Part shown: positions 14,265 through 33,800 of the stretch, piece by piece
Layout of the letters: every line of letters begins with the position of its first letter
Position numbering within the stretch: position 1 is the first letter of the stretch
NCBI RefSeq assembly: GCF_009914755.1
Contig: NC_060936.1
DNA length: 64,000 nt
Source of the DNA: the human T2T-CHM13v2.0 reference genome, Homo sapiens
Direction: 5' to 3' (one strand)
Made by a program: the position numbers and the translations under genes
Notes under the pieces: generated by a model
What the model was told of the DNA's origin: nothing
Seen by the model: only the letters and a program-made list of their open reading frames with translations
The model's database searches: none

Positions 14265-14710
14265 CATAGGTTTCCCATGTCACTTAGAGAAAAAGCCAAA
14301 GGCTTCACAGTGGCCTACAAGGCCTCATGTGACTAGGCTCAATGCCTTGCACTTACTGGAATACCTTCTTCCTGGAATACTTTCCTTCAGATATTTGCCT
14401 GACTTACTCCCTCTCTTCCTACAAGTCTTTGCTCCACTGTCATCTCAGTAAGATCTTTCCTGCCACTCTCTTTAGATTCACAGCCCTGACCTGGTACTCC
14501 CTATCAGTCTTCCCTTATTTGCTTTTCTCTGTAGCAATTATCACCTTCTAAGATATTACATAACCTACTTATTTTGTCTTTTGTTTGTCTCCCTCTAATT
14601 AATATGTAAGTTCTGCAAGGCAGGGCTTTAAAAACATTTTTTTTTCAGTGATGCATCCTTATTATTTAGAACAGTGTCTAAATATTTGTGGATAAATAAA
14701 TGAATGAACT
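14265..14710 (+). mobile_element. L2 3' end
   Basis: Ends in 'aaatatttgtggataaataaatgaatgaa'. Confidence 0.8.
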
Positions 14711-15796
14711 TCCTGTATTATTAGGCTGAATATGATTCACATGTACATACTTTATAATTTTTACTCATATTTTTTGGGTGTGTATGTATATGTGTCTTCA
14801 ATTATATAACCAGAACTAAAGAGGTAACAGGCTTTGTGTTATGAACGACTTTCTTGGTGGCCTTATTCAACTTCTTGAATGAGGGATTCCCACAATTGGC
14901 TTGCTTTTAAGTGGTATTTTGCCCATATTTTAAAAATTAATTATTGCAGTGAACATTTGCTATTCTTGCCTCCTACCAGCTATCCTTCTTCTTAACAGCA
15001 CCCTAGTTTTGCTTTGGTGGGGCTATCAATCAGTGATCTGATGACTGGAAGGCATTTACATTCTTGAGAAGAGTGATATAAACACCCAAAATGGCGGGCA
15101 TTTTTCCTTCGTAATCTCTGCAGTACTCCCTGAAGTTACATGCATCAGGTTACCCTTCTGCTTTTGCCTGGGGTTGCCTTAGTTCCTGCCCTTTCTGAGT
15201 GTGTTTATTCCCCATTCAATTCCATTTTGTGAGTTATCCCATCTTTCCCCCATACATTTCTTTTTCTGCATAAGTTAGCCAGGCCATTTCTATTTCTTGC
15301 AACCAAATTATCTTAACTAATAAAATAATTCACTTTATTATGGGAGGAGAATTTGTATGCTATTATATATAATGAGTACAATATGCCTGGATTAGTTACT
15401 TTATAAAAATATGCTTTTTAAAATACTGAATATTTGACATAAAAAAATCCAACTTTCAGTAGTGCATTTACATCCTGATAGACTAAAGGCATTTAGGCAA
15501 ATCAGATCAAGAAATGCAAATGATGTAACCTCTGCTGATGTTGTATTAGACACAATATATGAAGTTCTGGGTGCCTTCTCTAGATTTATTGTCACCATCA
15601 GTAGTTTTAGAATGAATAGTTGATACACTTAGACACAGGTAAAGAAGGGCTCAGTAATACAGAGATGAGGGAATCTGAAGTCAATTTATGTGACAAAAAA
15701 GCATGTTACTTACTGTTTTGCTATCCAGAGAGCATCTTCATTCTATGAAGAATAAATTTTACAGATTAATGGAGAAGTGCTCCACAAACCTCATTT

Positions 15797-21942
<6,146 letters not shown>

Positions 21943-22034
21943 CATAATATCATAATTATAAATGGTGTAAATCATTGTAAAAATGTAATAAAATCTTGAA
22001 AAGGATATTTGATACCTATAGAAAATAGGGTATT

Positions 22035-22567
22035 CCAAAGGATTATGAATCATGCTGCTATAAAGACACATGCACATGTATGTTTATTGCAGCACTATTC
22101 ACAATAGCAAAGACTTGGAACCAACCCAAATGTCCATCAATGATAGACTGGATTAAGAAAATGTGGCACATATACACCACGGAATACTATGCAGCCATAA
22201 AAAAGGATGAGTTTGTGTCCTTTGTAGGGACATGGATGAAGCTGGAAACCATCATTCTCAGCAAACTGTCGCAAGGACAGAAAACCAAACACTGCATGTT
22301 CTCACTTACAGGTGGGAATTGAACAATGATAACACTTGGACACAGGGTGGGGAACATCACACACTGGGGCCTGTCCTGGGGTGGGGGGAGGGGGGAGGGA
22401 TAGCATTAGGAGATATACCTAATGTAAATGATGAGTTAACTGGTGCAGCACACCAACATGGCACATGTATGCATATGTAACAAACCTGCACATTGTGCAC
22501 ATGTACCCTAGAACCTAAAGTATAAAAAAGAAAAAAGAATCAGAACACACACACACACACACACACA
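22035..22567 (+). mobile_element. L1PA5-like 3' fragment
   Basis: TSD agaaaat(a/c)gggtatt at 22020-22034 and 22568-22582; A-rich tail then (CA)n. Confidence 0.95.
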
Positions 22568-23009
22568 AGAAAATCGGGTATTGGGAAAATGTATTCTCAA
22601 TAATAGCATTGTTTCCAGACCAAATGATTTTTTTTCCTGAAAAATTAATAAAGATGTTCAACCAATGGTACATACAAAATAAACTTTTGGTGGGTAAGCT
22701 TCTGTCTTACTACTACTAATAATGATTTTTTGAAAAGCCCAAGACTATACAAAAATGTGTATGCTAGTCATTTGTTTAGAGTTAGGTAATAGACCTAATA
22801 AGCATTTCAAAAGAGGTTGTTTTCATTTGCATTTTAAAATGTGTGTGCTATAGGAATGTATCATACTCCAATGAAAACAATTGATATTGCCTGAAAGACA
22901 CTGCTTATTGGTGTGGCCACTTTGGGAATCAGATTTAAAAAACTCAACTTTTTACTATATAAGAATTTCAAACATATAGGAGAGTATACAGAGAGAGAGA
23001 ATAATGTTA

Positions 23010-23172
23010 GTGTCCATTAAAATAACCTGGAAGGCTCATAAAAACAGATTGCTGAGATTTATTCCCAGAGTTTCTGTCAAGAGATATGAAGTGGGGCTTG
23101 CAATTTGCATTTCTAACAAGTTTCCAGGTGATGCTGATGCTGCTGGTCCAGGAGCCACATTTTGAGAACCAC
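23010..23172. mobile_element. MER5A DNA transposon
   Basis: 'atttgcatttctaacaagtttccaggtgatgctgatgctgctggtcca'. Confidence 0.85.
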
Positions 23173-23342
23173 AATTATAATGAATTCCTGTTTCCATCCT
23201 CAGCTAATAATCAACACATGACCAACTTGGTTTCATTCATACTCTCCACTCACGTTCCCCTCCTTTCCAATGTAAGGTTTAGGAGCAAATTCCACACATT
23301 TTATACTTTCATCTATAGGCTCTTCTGAATGTATCTCTGAAA

Positions 23343-23900
23343 CAGAGATTGGCAGAATTCATGGAGTCGCCTGTTTTTGTAAATAATGTTTTATTGGAAC
23401 ACAGCCACACCTATTTGTTTATGTGTTTATGGCTGCTTTCAGGCTATAAAGATATAGTTGAGTAGTTGCAACAGGGACTGTAGACACACTGCCTTTTCAT
23501 GCTAAAATCCGTTTTCATGCTGCTGATAAAGACATACCTGAGACTGGGCAATCTACAAAAGAAAGAGGTTTATTGAACTTACAGTTCCACATGGCTGGGG
23601 AGGCCTCATAATTGTGGTGAAAGGTGAAAGGTGAAAGGCACATCTTACATGGTGGCAGACAAGAGAAGAGAGCTTGTGCAGGGAAACTCCTCTTTTTAAA
23701 ACCATCAGATCTCGTGAAACTTATTCACTATCATGAGAACAGCATGGGGAAGACCTGCCCCCCCATGATTCAATTACCTCCCACTGGGTCCCTCCCACAG
23801 CACGTGGAAATTCAAGATGAGATTTGGGTGGGGACACAGCCAAACCATATCAACACAAAGCCTAAAACATTTGCTATCTGGCCTTTTTCAGGTATTTGTC
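23343..23900. mobile_element. MER58A-like element split by a THE1 LTR
   Basis: 'tttattggaacacagccacac' ... 'aaagcctaaaacatttgctatctggcc'. Confidence 0.8.
23508..23852 (-). mobile_element. THE1B/C solo LTR
   Basis: 'tcatgctgctgataaagacatacc...gacacagccaaaccatatca'. Confidence 0.92.
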
Positions 23901-24497
23901 AAGTACCTGCTCTGTGCCAGGCATGTATACATAAGAACAATTCTAGTTCTGCTGCTACTGCTGCCTGCCTTGACAAGGAGCCTCATCATTGTCCTCTGGT
24001 TGTTACCCTCCTTCAAAGTGCTAGTTTATGTGCTGAGGCTGCTATCTGTCATTGCTTGCAAACCTAGCAGTCCTGGTTTTGTCAGGTTTTGGACAGCAGT
24101 GGGAAGATTTCTCCTATCTTGGTTGCTGTCATTTATCATGTGGGTTCTGGTAGAGTACCATTTGGTAACCTGAGTCTCACTAAGTCTTTCAGGAAAACAA
24201 GCTTCTTCACCTTTTGACTTCCTAATTTTTTCTACTGGGGCTTAAAGCACATAATCCATTGTTCTTGTCTCCTCTTTTCTTTCCAAACACCCACACACCA
24301 AACCCCTTATTCTTTAGCAAATTAAACCAAATCACAACTGCAAACAAATCAAACAAAGCAACCTTTCCATCCATCCTTATGTCAATTTATAAAAATAAGT
24401 TTCTGGAGGGGTCACTAGCTTGTCAATTTCACAGTAAGATCATTGCTTCCCAAACTTTAATGAGCAGATTTACTACCTGAAAGTATCTCGTTAAAAT

Positions 24498-24930
24498 TAT
24501 CAAAAGACAAAATTACAACTAATTAAGTTTAAAGATCTAATTTGCTTTATTAGCGATTCATGAATCAGGCAGTGTCTCATCTATAAAAATAGATAGGCGC
24601 TCCGATGAACTGAGCAGATGAGATTGGCTTTATAGGCAAGAAAATACTGAAGAAAGCAGAAACAGGGAACAAAAAGCAAATTGGTCATTTAAAAGTTACT
24701 TTCCTTATACGGTTAATATAGAGGTTACTTCCTTATCATGCTGGCTTAGGTAACTGGGCCCCTTCTGATTGGTTGCTGTGAATTTCCTGGTTTTGGAAAA
24801 CTGGTCGGTTTCAAAGTCCAGTTTAATTACATGGCACCTAGCATAAGTGACTCCATTCTGGTTTGGGCTGGTCTATTGGGCCTAGTGCAGGAGCTCAGTC
24901 CAAAACAATGGCCTTCCATGAATTTCACTG
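24498..24930 (-). mobile_element. ERV1-class solo LTR (MER93-like) inserted in a MER5
   Basis: 'tcaaaagacaaaattacaac..ttaaagatctaatt'; MER5-like sequence on both sides (~24445 to 25050). Confidence 0.55.
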
Positions 24931-25371
24931 AATGAAATGCAGATCCTGATTCAGCAGGACTGGGATGGAGCTGATACTCTGCCTTCTTAACAAGCTCCCA
25001 GGTTATGCTGCTGTTGCTGGTCTAAGGACTACATCTTGGGAGTAGCGAGGAGCTAGACTTTGCATTCCAGTTGTGGCTCAGCTGAGACACTCTACTAAAC
25101 AACCAACATACATGGAAATTTATAGCAAATTGTATATTTTGGGTCACATTTGGGTTTTGATACAAAACCCAAATTCCCCAGTAAGAAGCCATCACAAGAT
25201 GTGACTGTGCTGTCCAGGGGCTGCTGATCTTCATCTGTTGATTTGCTCTGGGAGGTTTCTTTCTGCAAACAAGATCCTAATCTACAGTCTCTGTTTATGA
25301 ACTTTCTCCATGTTCCCAGTCAGCTGTTCTCAGTCCTGGCTGTGTATCAAAGTCCCTGCTGGAGTTCTTAA

Positions 25372-25769
<398 letters not shown>

Positions 25770-26586
25770 AGAATCAGTGTTTTAAATATGAAGTTTTTCG
25801 TTTCAGTGTTGCTAAGGTGATTTGCTCCCTCAAAAATGGCCCTACAAAAAGCCCACTGTTAATCCTTGTGAACTTGGGAACCCTACTCCATTTGTGCAGC
25901 ACCATGGTTCTGCTTTTTTCCAGTGCTGAGCTCATTGAGGACACGGATTCTGCTCTCTTTTTATACCTACTGCTCAAATGGAAAGATGATTTTATTTCAC
26001 TGTCTTTCACAAGATGAACAACTTCTCTATTGTGGTGCAAGTTGGAAACAGGGTCTTCCCATTAGGCAGAAACATGGAGACCCAGAAATGTCCTGAGCTG
26101 TTAAAAGGCTGGTTGGGTATTCTCAAAAGGTTTGTGTTGGGTGTTTTTCCTGATATTAACAGTGGACAGAGTTTTTAGGCCTGTCAAAACAGAGGCAGCA
26201 AAGTCTGTTGCAGACTTCAGCCAGGAGGAGGAAAACAGGAATGGAAAGGCCAGTTGCTGTTTAGGATTTAAAAAGCTTTAAAAGTTTGCCAACTGAGAAA
26301 TGAGTTGTGCTGTTGCCCAATTATCCATCTACCTTCTCTGGTCCACTGGCTCCCTGGTATTTGTGCATTGAGAGAAATAAATGATCCTAGGGCAGAGATT
26401 TGAAAACCAACCTTTAGAACTGTTTGCCAGATTCTAACATTAAATAGGCTGAAGTTCAGCCCTTTTCAGTTACTGGAAGCATCCCTTTGTGTACTGAGCA
26501 CTGGGTTTAAATGCTTTTTTTAAAAAAGTGAAATACGTACATTCCGGCTCTATCCCTTTCTTTCCTACACCAAACAAACCAACAAA

Positions 26587-26742
26587 ATATATGTATATGT
26601 GTGTCTCTATATATATTTTTACATATCTATATATACATATACACATATACATATACATATATACATATACATATATACATACATACATATATACATATAT
26701 ACGTATATATACACACACATATATATATGTGTATATATATGT
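26587..26742. repeat. (TA)n/(TACA)n compound microsatellite
   Basis: Direct reading. Confidence 0.95.
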
Positions 26743-27143
26743 TTTTTTCAAACCTTTCCCTCACCAGGAAAAAAAGAAAAACCCTATTAAAAAAAAAAAA
26801 GGATAAGAGACTGACTCTGACATCCTGCTTAATTTAAACTGTGCTTGTAAAGGTAGGTCTCTGAAAAGAACAAGTGTTAAAGTCATTTCGGGTTTGAACC
26901 ATATGATTTGAACCAGTGGTTAATGGCTTCTCCATTCCTGAAGTGGCATTGTGAAGTAAAAGGTGAGGTATAAATCACCGTCAACCTGGACATGCCCATT
27001 CACTGAGGGAAAGCATTGCTGTACAGTCAGGGCTGAGAGGAGCAGAGTGTGTGGAAGAGTACAGTTAAGCAGAATTGAAGTGAATCCAATGATTAAACGC
27101 TGGAGGCAGGGCTGTTTAGACCTGTGAGAAAACTGCTTCAGAA

Positions 27144-28201
27144 TCAAGAAGAATCTTAGCTTCTATTAAATAAATGGGGCCCAGCCTTGGGAGTTAGGCC
27201 ATGTTCCAGTCACACCTGACTCAGAGGTTTCATTGTCCAGAACGTTACAGTATTTTCCTAGTTTTCTGTGAGAATATACCTGGCCAAACAACTCATATAA
27301 CAAAATGGGAAGGAGAGTGAGTTCCTTTGTGGGGAAGTGACATGCCCCTTGACATTCTCTCTCCCCACAGAATTTCCTTGTGCAGCTGCCTGCCATTTGC
27401 AGTCTTAGAAATGCCAAGTTAAGGGATGTGGGGGTGGGATGGGGGATGGAACATGTAGGAGAAGGCTGGAGGAGATCAAAACTTGCATAAGAAACTGACT
27501 TTGCTCTACTAAGGGAAAGAGAAGGGACTGAGCATTTATTGAGCATCTGTTATATTTTTGGTGCTTTATAAGTTATTGTATTAATCCTTATATAACCATC
27601 TGAAGTTGATGTTAAGGAACATTAAACAGCAATTTTAATATAAGACTTTTCATATTTTAATATGAAACTTAAATTGAAAGTGAATGTGGCAGATGGGACA
27701 TTTTGTTTTTTCTCTTTCCCATTTTCACCTAAGGATGTCAAAACAGAATGGCTTTGCATGGCTGCGAATGTCCAAGTATTTGCAGAATGGCTATTCATTT
27801 TATCTTCCCAATGCTCCAAGGAATTTTTTTAGCAATTCCTTCTCATTTCCTAACAAACACCTTCTCTTCCCTCTTCCTTCATTTTCCTGATAGGAACCAG
27901 CTTCACTAATATGGACAATGAAGGTCTAGTAACTGCTTTCCCCAAAGAACAATGGAAGACCTAAATCAAATTTTAAATCATGGACTATCAAAGGAGATAA
28001 AATCTCTGGGCAAGACAGCCCCAGAAACCTTTTCTTCCCATTTGTTATATGGGTTGTTGGACCAGGTATTTCCTCACAGAAGACTAGGAAAATATTGTAA
28101 CATTCTGGATGACATACTCTCTGAGTCAGGTGTGTCTGGAACATAGCCTGACTCCCAAGGCTGGGCCGCATTCATTTAATAAAATCTAAGATACTTCTTG
28201 A
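27144..28201. repeat. Inverted repeat: arms 27144-27312 and 28034-28201, ~720-bp spacer
   Basis: Hand alignment of arm 1 to the reverse complement of arm 2 gives ~24 differences in ~169 nt. Confidence 0.93.
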
Positions 28202-28269
28202 CCAAACATTTTTGTCTTTTTTAAACCTCCAGACTCTGACAACTAAAAGGAAAGCCTAGACTCCTGGAG

Positions 28270-28420
28270 CTTTAAATATTATTATTTTACCAATGCAGAA
28301 TCTGAGGCTCAGGAAGGTTATGTAAAGTGGCCAAGTGAACATCATTGGTGAGAGATGGAGTTGGAGCCGGAGCCCAGACGTGTCTGACTGTAAGGTCTGT
28401 GCCCCTTTACATCACACCTC
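28270..28420 (-). mobile_element. MIR SINE
   Basis: 'attttaccaatgcagaatctgaggctcag' core. Confidence 0.75.
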
Positions 28421-28817
28421 ATGTTGTAGGATCATTTTAAGGTGAGGCTACTTGAAGTCGGGGTTTGGGCTAATTTAGGCTTCTAAGTCTTTTTTACTTT
28501 ATTCTCCAGAAAATATTAAGACCCATCAGGTATTTTAGAGAAAAATCAAGATGTTCTACTTGACATGCTTCTTGTGCTTTGTTATTCTGCTAGTCCGATT
28601 CTGTTGAAGAGCGTATCTAAACCTACCCACACCCACAAATAAGCCCCCATACACAAAACCAAACTTACACACAAATATTATATCCACAAACACTATTTGA
28701 ACTCATTAAGCACAAACCTAATAAAACCCAGGTGACTTCAGGCAACAGCTTTTCCTTAGTAATTACCCTTGTAATTAGTAGTTACACTTGATACCCGATA
28801 ACCTGTGCAATCAAACC

Positions 28818-29079
28818 TGTATCAGTTATATACTGCTGCCTAACAAATTATCTAAAAAACCTAAAGGTTTAAAACAGGGATCAAAATGTATCCTTTGTAG
28901 TTTCTGTTGATCAGGAATTTGAGAGTGCGTGATGGCTTTGGGATGTGTCAACTTGGTGAGGTTGAACAATATTCCTCAGAATTCCCTTTCTAGTGTGTTT
29001 CCAGATAGAGTGAGCTGCTAGAGACATTGTCTCTTGAGAGTGGGAGGATAGAAAAGCAGCAGCAGCCATATTGTAGTGT

Positions 29080-29121
<42 letters not shown>

Positions 29122-30015
29122 CTTCTCCCAGTCATTCAGTCAAACACAAATCTAGGTGCTGCTGTGAAGGGATTTTGCAGATGTAATTGAAGTCCCTAAT
29201 CAGTTGACTTTAAATTGGGTGGGCCTGACTTAAACAATTGGAAGCGCTTAAAAGAGGGCTTAAGACTTTTCTGAAGCTGGGAGAGAGGGGAGAAAGGGAG
29301 AGAGAGGAGATTTCCATTTGTAGATAACAGCTTTGGCCTGTGCCCATGTAGTTCCAGCTTGCTTGTTTGTGATCTTCCCTTGTTGTTGGCCTGTGGACAA
29401 CAGCTGGGGTTCCAAGCCAGCTTGCTGGTGAGCTTCTCTTTCTGAAGGCCGCTCTATGGACTTCAGACTTGCCAAGCTGGCCCCCACCCACAATTTCATA
29501 AGCGAATTTCTTGTAATAAATTCATATATTGCCAACTGGTTCTGCTTCTCTTTCTGAACCAAAATTATAATACAGAGCAGCTTAGCTAGGCTATTATGGT
29601 TTGGAGTTTCTCATGAGGGTGTAGTCAAGATGTTGGCCAGTGTTGTAGTCATCAAGGCTTGACTGAGACTGAAAGATCTGTTTCCAAGATGACTCATTCA
29701 TATAGCTGGCAAGCTGGTGCTAGCTATTTTCAGGAAGCCTTAGTTCCATGCCACTCAAACCTCTCCATAGACCTACTTGAATATTATCATGGCATGGCTG
29801 CTGGCTTCCTTTACGGTGAGTAATCCAAGAGAGCAAAAAAGCAGAAGCAGAATTGTCTTTGCTCATCTAGCATTGGCAGTCACACACCATCACTTCCACT
29901 GGTTTCTTTTGGTCACCCAGAGCAAGCCTGAAATGATATGGAAGGTGACTATACAAATGCATAAGTACCAGAAGGCAAGGATCAATAGCAGTCATCTTGG
30001 AGGCTGGCTACCACA
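28818..30015 (-). mobile_element. MLT1(F/G-like) LTR, split by an MLT2 LTR
   Basis: TG...CA termini with 5-bp TSD aaacc (28813-28817 / 30016-30020). Confidence 0.8.
28928..29574 (+). mobile_element. MLT2 (ERVL) solo LTR with internal (CA)n
   Basis: 'gtgatgg...tgtgtcaacttgg' start, 'taataca' end; TSD gagtg/gagca. Confidence 0.85.
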
Positions 30016-30863
30016 AAACCTTTCTCATTTCAATTCATTATTTTGGTGCCATGTAGACACGGCTATAGTGTAATGGCTAAACATATTTTATGATTAAAAA
30101 TTTTAAAAATTTAGATAGAATTTAATAAATTTTAAATAATCAATTTTAAAGATCATTTAAATAAAACAAAACATTTATATATAGAAATTTTAAATAAAAA
30201 AGTAATGAACCTATCACCGAGATTAATCACATTTAAAGAGTTGGCTAATTTTGTCTTATCTATTACTTTTACTCCACTTTTTTTTTTTGCTACAATATTT
30301 AAAACAAATTCCTAAAATCAAGGTATTTCACCTGTAAATATTTTCTTTTTTTTCCCTTCCAACTTTAATTTTAGGATTGGGGGTACATATGGAGGTTTGT
30401 TACATGTACAAATGTAAATGTAACATTGTAAACATGTATCACTGGGATTTGTTGTATGCGTTATTTCATCACCCAGGTAGTATGCATAGTATCCAATAGG
30501 TAGTTTTTCAACCTTCACCCTCCTCCCACCCTCCACTGTCAAGTAGGCCCTGGTGTCTATTATTCCCTTCTTTGTGTTCATGTGTACTCCATATTTAGTT
30601 TCCACTTATAAGCGAGAACGTGTGGTATTTGGTTTTCTGTTTATGTGTTATAATAATTTGCTTAGGATAATGGCCTCCAGCTGCATCCATATTACCACAA
30701 AGGACATGATTTCATTATTTTTTATGGCTATATATAATAGTATTTCTTGGTGTATATGTACCACTTTTTTTTATTCAATCCACAATTGATGAGCACCTGG
30801 GTTGATTCCATGTCTTTGTGACTATTCACTATTGTGAATGGTGCTGTGATGAACATATGCATG

Positions 30864-33800
30864 TGTATTAGTCCATTTTTACACTGCTATAAAGAACTGC
30901 CGGAGACCTGGGTAATTTATAAATAAAAGAGTTCTAATTGACTCACAGTTATGGATGGCTGGGGAGGCCTCAGGAAATCTACAATCATGGCAGAAGGTGA
31001 AGGGGAAGCAAGGCACATCTTACATAGCGGCAGGAGAGAGAGAGAGCAAGTGGGGAAGTGCCACAAATTTAAACCATCAGATCTCATGAGAACTCCCTAA
31101 CATGAGAATAGCATTGGGGAAATCCACTCCCATGATCCAGTCACCTCCCACCAGGCCCCTCCCTGACACGAGAGGATTACAATTCAACATGAGATTTGGG
31201 TGGGAACACAGAGCCAAACCATGTCATTCTTCCACTGGAGCCTCCCAAATCTCATGTCCTTCTCATATTTCAAAATACAATTATTCAGTCTCAACAGTCC
31301 CCCAGTCTTTTTTTTTTTTTTTTAAATGGAATCACAACTTTAATGAAAACTTGTTTTAAGTAGCTGCCTATTTTGTGCCAGATGTTTTGTCAGGTACTTT
31401 GAATGTCTTTTTAAATTTATTATTTTAACAAACCAGTGAAGTGAGTATTCTTCTTCCCATTTTACAGATAAAGACAGTCTCAGAGAAAGTTTGTGGCTTG
31501 TCATTTACACACCTAGGAACTGTCAGAATCAATTAGAACCCAGGTCAATTTGAAGGTTCTTTCCACTACATCACCCTGCCTCTCACATTTTAGATACTGA
31601 GTAATAAACGTTCAATATTTAAACACAGAAGCATAATACTGCAGACATTAGAGTAAGAAGAGCATTATTTCATATAAATATAACCCTTCTCCTTTAAAGG
31701 AACTCCGAAATTATTCTTAGGTTTGGTAATTTAACATAATCCTATTTTTGATTCTTTTTTCTTTGTCTTTGTAAATTGGGTTAATTCAAAAGCCTTGTTT
31801 TCAAGCTCTGAAGTTCTTTATTCTACTTGTTCAATTCTATTGTTGAAACTTTCCAGTGTATTTTGCATTTCTCTGTGTTTTTCATTTCTAGAAGTTGTGA
31901 TTTTTTAATTTATGATATCTGTTTCTCTGGAGATTTTTTCATTTATATCCTGTATTTTAAAAAATGTCTTTAAGTTGTTTTTCACCTTTCTCTGGTGCCT
32001 CCTTGAGTAGCTTCATAATTGACCTTCTGAATTATTTTTCTGGCAATTCAGAGATTTCTTCTTGGTTTGGATCCATTACTGATGAGCTAGTGTGAACTTT
32101 TGGGGGTGTTATAGAACTTTGTTTTGTCATATTATGAGAATTGTTTTCTGTTCCTTTTCATTTGGGTAGACTATGTCAGAGGAAAGATCTGGACTCAAGG
32201 GTTGCTGTTTAGATTCTTTTGTTCCATGGGGTGATCCCTTGATGTGGTGCCCTCCCCACTTCCCTAGGCTTGGGGCTTCCTAAGAGCTGGGCTAAAGTGA
32301 TTGTTATTGCTCTTCTGGGTGTAGCTACCCAGCAGAACTACCAGGCTCTAGGCTGGTACTGGGGAGTGTCTGCAAGGATTCCTGTGATGTGATCCATCTT
32401 CAGGTCTCTCAGGCATAGATACCAACACCTGCTTTTGTGGAGGTAGCAGGAGAGTGAAGTGGACTCTGTGAGAATCCTTGCTTGTAGTTTTGTTTAGTGC
32501 ACTGGTTTTCTTAAATGCTGGTTATGCTAGCAGTGAAGTTGTTAAGTGGACAGACTCAAGACCTCTGGTTATCCAGGTGGTTGAATTAGCCATTGTTTTC
32601 TCTTTCCTTGGAGTTCAGTTGGTTGGCCTTCTCTTTCCTTGGAGTAGAATTGGTTTCCTAATGACTTGAGTTGGTTGGCTTCCAGCCAGGAGGTGGTGCC
32701 TTCAAAAGAGCATGAGCTGTGGTAGTATAGGGGGGATTCAAGCTTGCCCTAAGGTTGCCTGGATAAGTATTTGGGTTTCTCAGGTGATGGGCAGGGTCTT
32801 AGAGTTCCCTTCAGTTTATGTCTCTTGTTGTTGTTTTGTTATCAGCTACCAGGGTGGGTAGAGAAAGACCATCAGGTAGGGGCAGGGTTAGGTGGGTCTG
32901 AGCTCAGACTGTCCTTGGGTGGGGCTTGCTGTGGCCATTGTTGGGGATGGCGTGGTTCTCATGCCAATGGAGTTATGTTCCAAGGGGGATTATGGCTGCC
33001 TCTGCAGCTTCATACAGGTCCCCAGGATGGTTGGAGAAAGCCGGCAGTGACAGGCCTTACCCAGCTCTCATGCAGCCAGCAAAGCTAATCTCACTCCCGC
33101 TGTACTCTCCCAACAGCCAACAGAGCTGAATTTATATCCAGGTCACCAGTGTGCGGGGCTGAGATCTTGCCCCAGGCTACAAGCCTCCCTGCTGAGAAAG
33201 CAAGCAGGGCTTTCAGTACTTGCTACTCCCTGACTGCCATGGCTTCTGTGCTAATATCTGTACTTCCTGTTTGACCCCTGGCTACTGCCCAGGAAAATTC
33301 ATGCTTTGTCAAAATTATTACAAAGTTCAGCTTAAAGTCTCCTTTTCCCTGTGGCTTTTCCCCAATTCTACTGGCTGCTGTCCCCAGAACCCCCATGAGA
33401 TAAAGTTAGAAATGGCTTCCCTGGAGACCAGGAGTGCCTACATAGCTCTTCCTACTGCTGCTTTTATTTTATATTTTGCTTGGCTCTCTAAATTCATTTC
33501 AGCTCTAGTTAAGGTTAGATCCTTCTCCTGTGATCTGGATTTTCAGGTTCCTCAGGATGTGTGTTCAGAGGCAGACTTTCACCCTCTCACGCTTTGGGCA
33601 CTTGCAGTTTTTTGGCTGTCTCATGGAGTTTGCAGCAGCAAGCTGCTTCTTTGAAAGGGTCTATGAAATTTTTTGTTTTCTTGGTATGTTCCTGCAGTGG
33701 TTCTTGCAGCAATATTTTACATTGTGAGTCTCCACATACTGTCTGTCCATTTGAGTGGGAGCTACATCCATTTGAGTGGGAGCTACAAGTTAGTCCTACC

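Noticed and set aside
22535-22567. 3' transduction after the L1 tail (gaatcagaa(ca)n)
   Set aside because: Too short and no second poly(A); tail decay into a microsatellite is simpler
25774-26300. Protein-looking ORFs on both strands in unique DNA
   Set aside because: Stops in the extended frames, no recognisable family, and no poly(A)/TSD indicating a processed pseudogene
26470-26837. Y/I/H/T-rich ORFs
   Set aside because: Translation of a TA/CA microsatellite
33746-33787. 21-bp tandem duplicate tccatttgagtgggagctaca as an array or CRISPR-like repeat
   Set aside because: Two adjacent copies with no spacer; simple slippage in the L1PB 5'UTR (useful only as a tag to find the source locus)
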